From a virus, in the IMG/VR virus record IMGVR_UViG_3300031787_000078, positions 1,581 to 65,580 of that record: a DNA stretch of 64,000 nt. One strand, given 5' to 3'. Under the pieces are notes generated by a model. It saw only the letters and a list, made by a program, of their open reading frames with translations. It searched no databases and was not told where the DNA came from. The position numbers and the translations under genes were made by a program. Positions within the stretch are counted from its first letter, which is position 1. Each line of letters starts with the position of its first letter. Positions 63,220 to 64,000 of the stretch are shown here, piece after piece.

Positions 63220-64000
63220 GTGAAAGAATTAATCAAACATATATTGAGAGAAGAGACCAAAGATTATAGATCAGGTATACTTGATATTATAAATAAAAAG
63301 GGATTATTCACTGGTGCCAAAATAGTTGGTGGGATTAATAATTTAAAAAAAGTATTCAAAGATAACGATGAAATTATTAATAAGATTGAAAGACAAAAAG
63401 GATTACTTGAAGTCCGATATCATCCTAATAATGAAGTTATCGTTAGGTTAGTATTACCATTTAAAATTATAGGACAAGAAAATAATATATGGAAAACAAA
63501 TAATTGGGGGGTTATAAATCTTATATATGATGAAAGTAAGTTAACTGAAGAAGAAAATAATATATTTAAACTTTTTTTAGTTGATGCTATTGTTCATGAT
63601 GGTGTCTCAGAAGTTGTTGCGAATGAAAGTAATGAGTTTAGAGATTCATCTTATGTTACATTAAGTGAAATTAATGGTGTTCCCATTAAAAAATTTGGGG
63701 ATCCTGAAGGGAGATATCCATATGAAAGAGTGGAGGAAATCATTACAAAAATACAAAATAAGTCAAATATATATGAAAATACTAAATCTCCATTAAATTA
63801 TTTAAAAAGAAGAATTAATAGTGAAGATATAATTAAAGCCATAAACGACTCAATTAAATTTGTTAATGGGTTTAGAGATAGAGAAGAAATGGATGGTAAC
63901 ACATTTGAACGTATTGTTTTAGATGCAACAATGGATGACTTCCATTCGGATCTATCAGATGATGGCGCCGTTAATTTTGATTATGATGGTATTCATAAAG
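63220..64000 (+). CDS. hypothetical protein, MKxLIxxILxEET family, 3'-truncated at window end
   Basis: GTG start preceded by an in-frame TAG; N-terminus (M)KELIKHILREETKDY parallels the paralogs at 60400 and 61663; the ORF stays open to the last base. Confidence 0.45.
   Translation, partial: MKELIKHILREETKDYRSGILDIINKKGLFTGAKIVGGINNLKKVFKDNDEIINKIERQKGLLEVRYHPNNEVIVRLVLPFKIIGQENNIWKTNNWGVINLIYDESKLTEEENNIFKLFLVDAIVHDGVSEVVANESNEFRDSSYVTLSEINGVPIKKFGDPEGRYPYERVEEIITKIQNKSNIYENTKSPLNYLKRRINSEDIIKAINDSIKFVNGFRDREEMDGNTFERIVLDATMDDFHSDLSDDGAVNFDYDGIHK

Noticed and set aside
1-64000. CRISPR arrays, rRNA genes, IS elements or integrase/att sites
   Set aside because: No spaced direct-repeat arrays, no rRNA-like conserved segments, no transposase or integrase motifs seen. 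The only tandem repeats are coding (36745-37180, 62393-62640).

Overview
The window is AT-rich (roughly 30% GC), almost entirely coding, and most genes lie on the + strand, with tight spacing and many ATGA-type stop/start overlaps. There are many small ORFs of unknown function, plus three short blocks on the opposite strand. There are no rRNA genes or CRISPR arrays; tRNAs could not be excluded because several ncRNA-sized gaps were not scanned rigorously. Overall the window looks like a non-structural region of a large (jumbo-type) virus of a Bacteroidetes host, probably Flavobacteriia-like. Evidence for this host assignment: an eight-base motif TAnnTTTG (most often TATCTTTG), which matches the Bacteroidetes sigma-A -7 element, sits just upstream of about 10 genes; one secreted protein has a clear T9SS (Por) C-terminal sorting domain; and the window encodes its own sigma-70/ECF-family sigma factor. 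Evidence for a viral rather than cellular origin: phage-type domains (DUF3310, a DUF932-like protein, an Rnl2-type RNA ligase, DUF192, a Nudix hydrolase) are mixed with isolated housekeeping-like genes that lack their usual partners (DnaK without DnaJ/GrpE, ClpP without ClpX, ThyA, glutamine synthetase type II, thioredoxin, glutaredoxin). Recognisable groupings are: (i) a dispersed RNA-repair gene set (Pnk-like P-loop kinase, metallophosphoesterase, Rnl2-family ligase, possibly a HAD phosphatase and a receiver-like protein); (ii) glycan/sugar-nucleotide genes (RmlB-like dehydratase, RmlC-like cupin, cytidylyltransferase, GT9 and GT8 glycosyltransferases, a SAM methyltransferase, a prolyl-4-hydroxylase-like 2OG oxygenase); (iii) an ~8.5 kb cluster of signal-peptide, lipoprotein and membrane proteins that includes a T9SS-sorted protein and a Cys-depleted C-type lectin with a nested LamG domain, both carrying an EF-hand/dockerin-like calcium loop; and (iv) several paralogous families of unknown function, notably three copies of a KYGA(N/G)TKWC(T/I) family and a tandem MKxLIxxILxEET family. 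Hand-derived coordinates may be off by a base or two; coordinates taken from the ORF track are authoritative.
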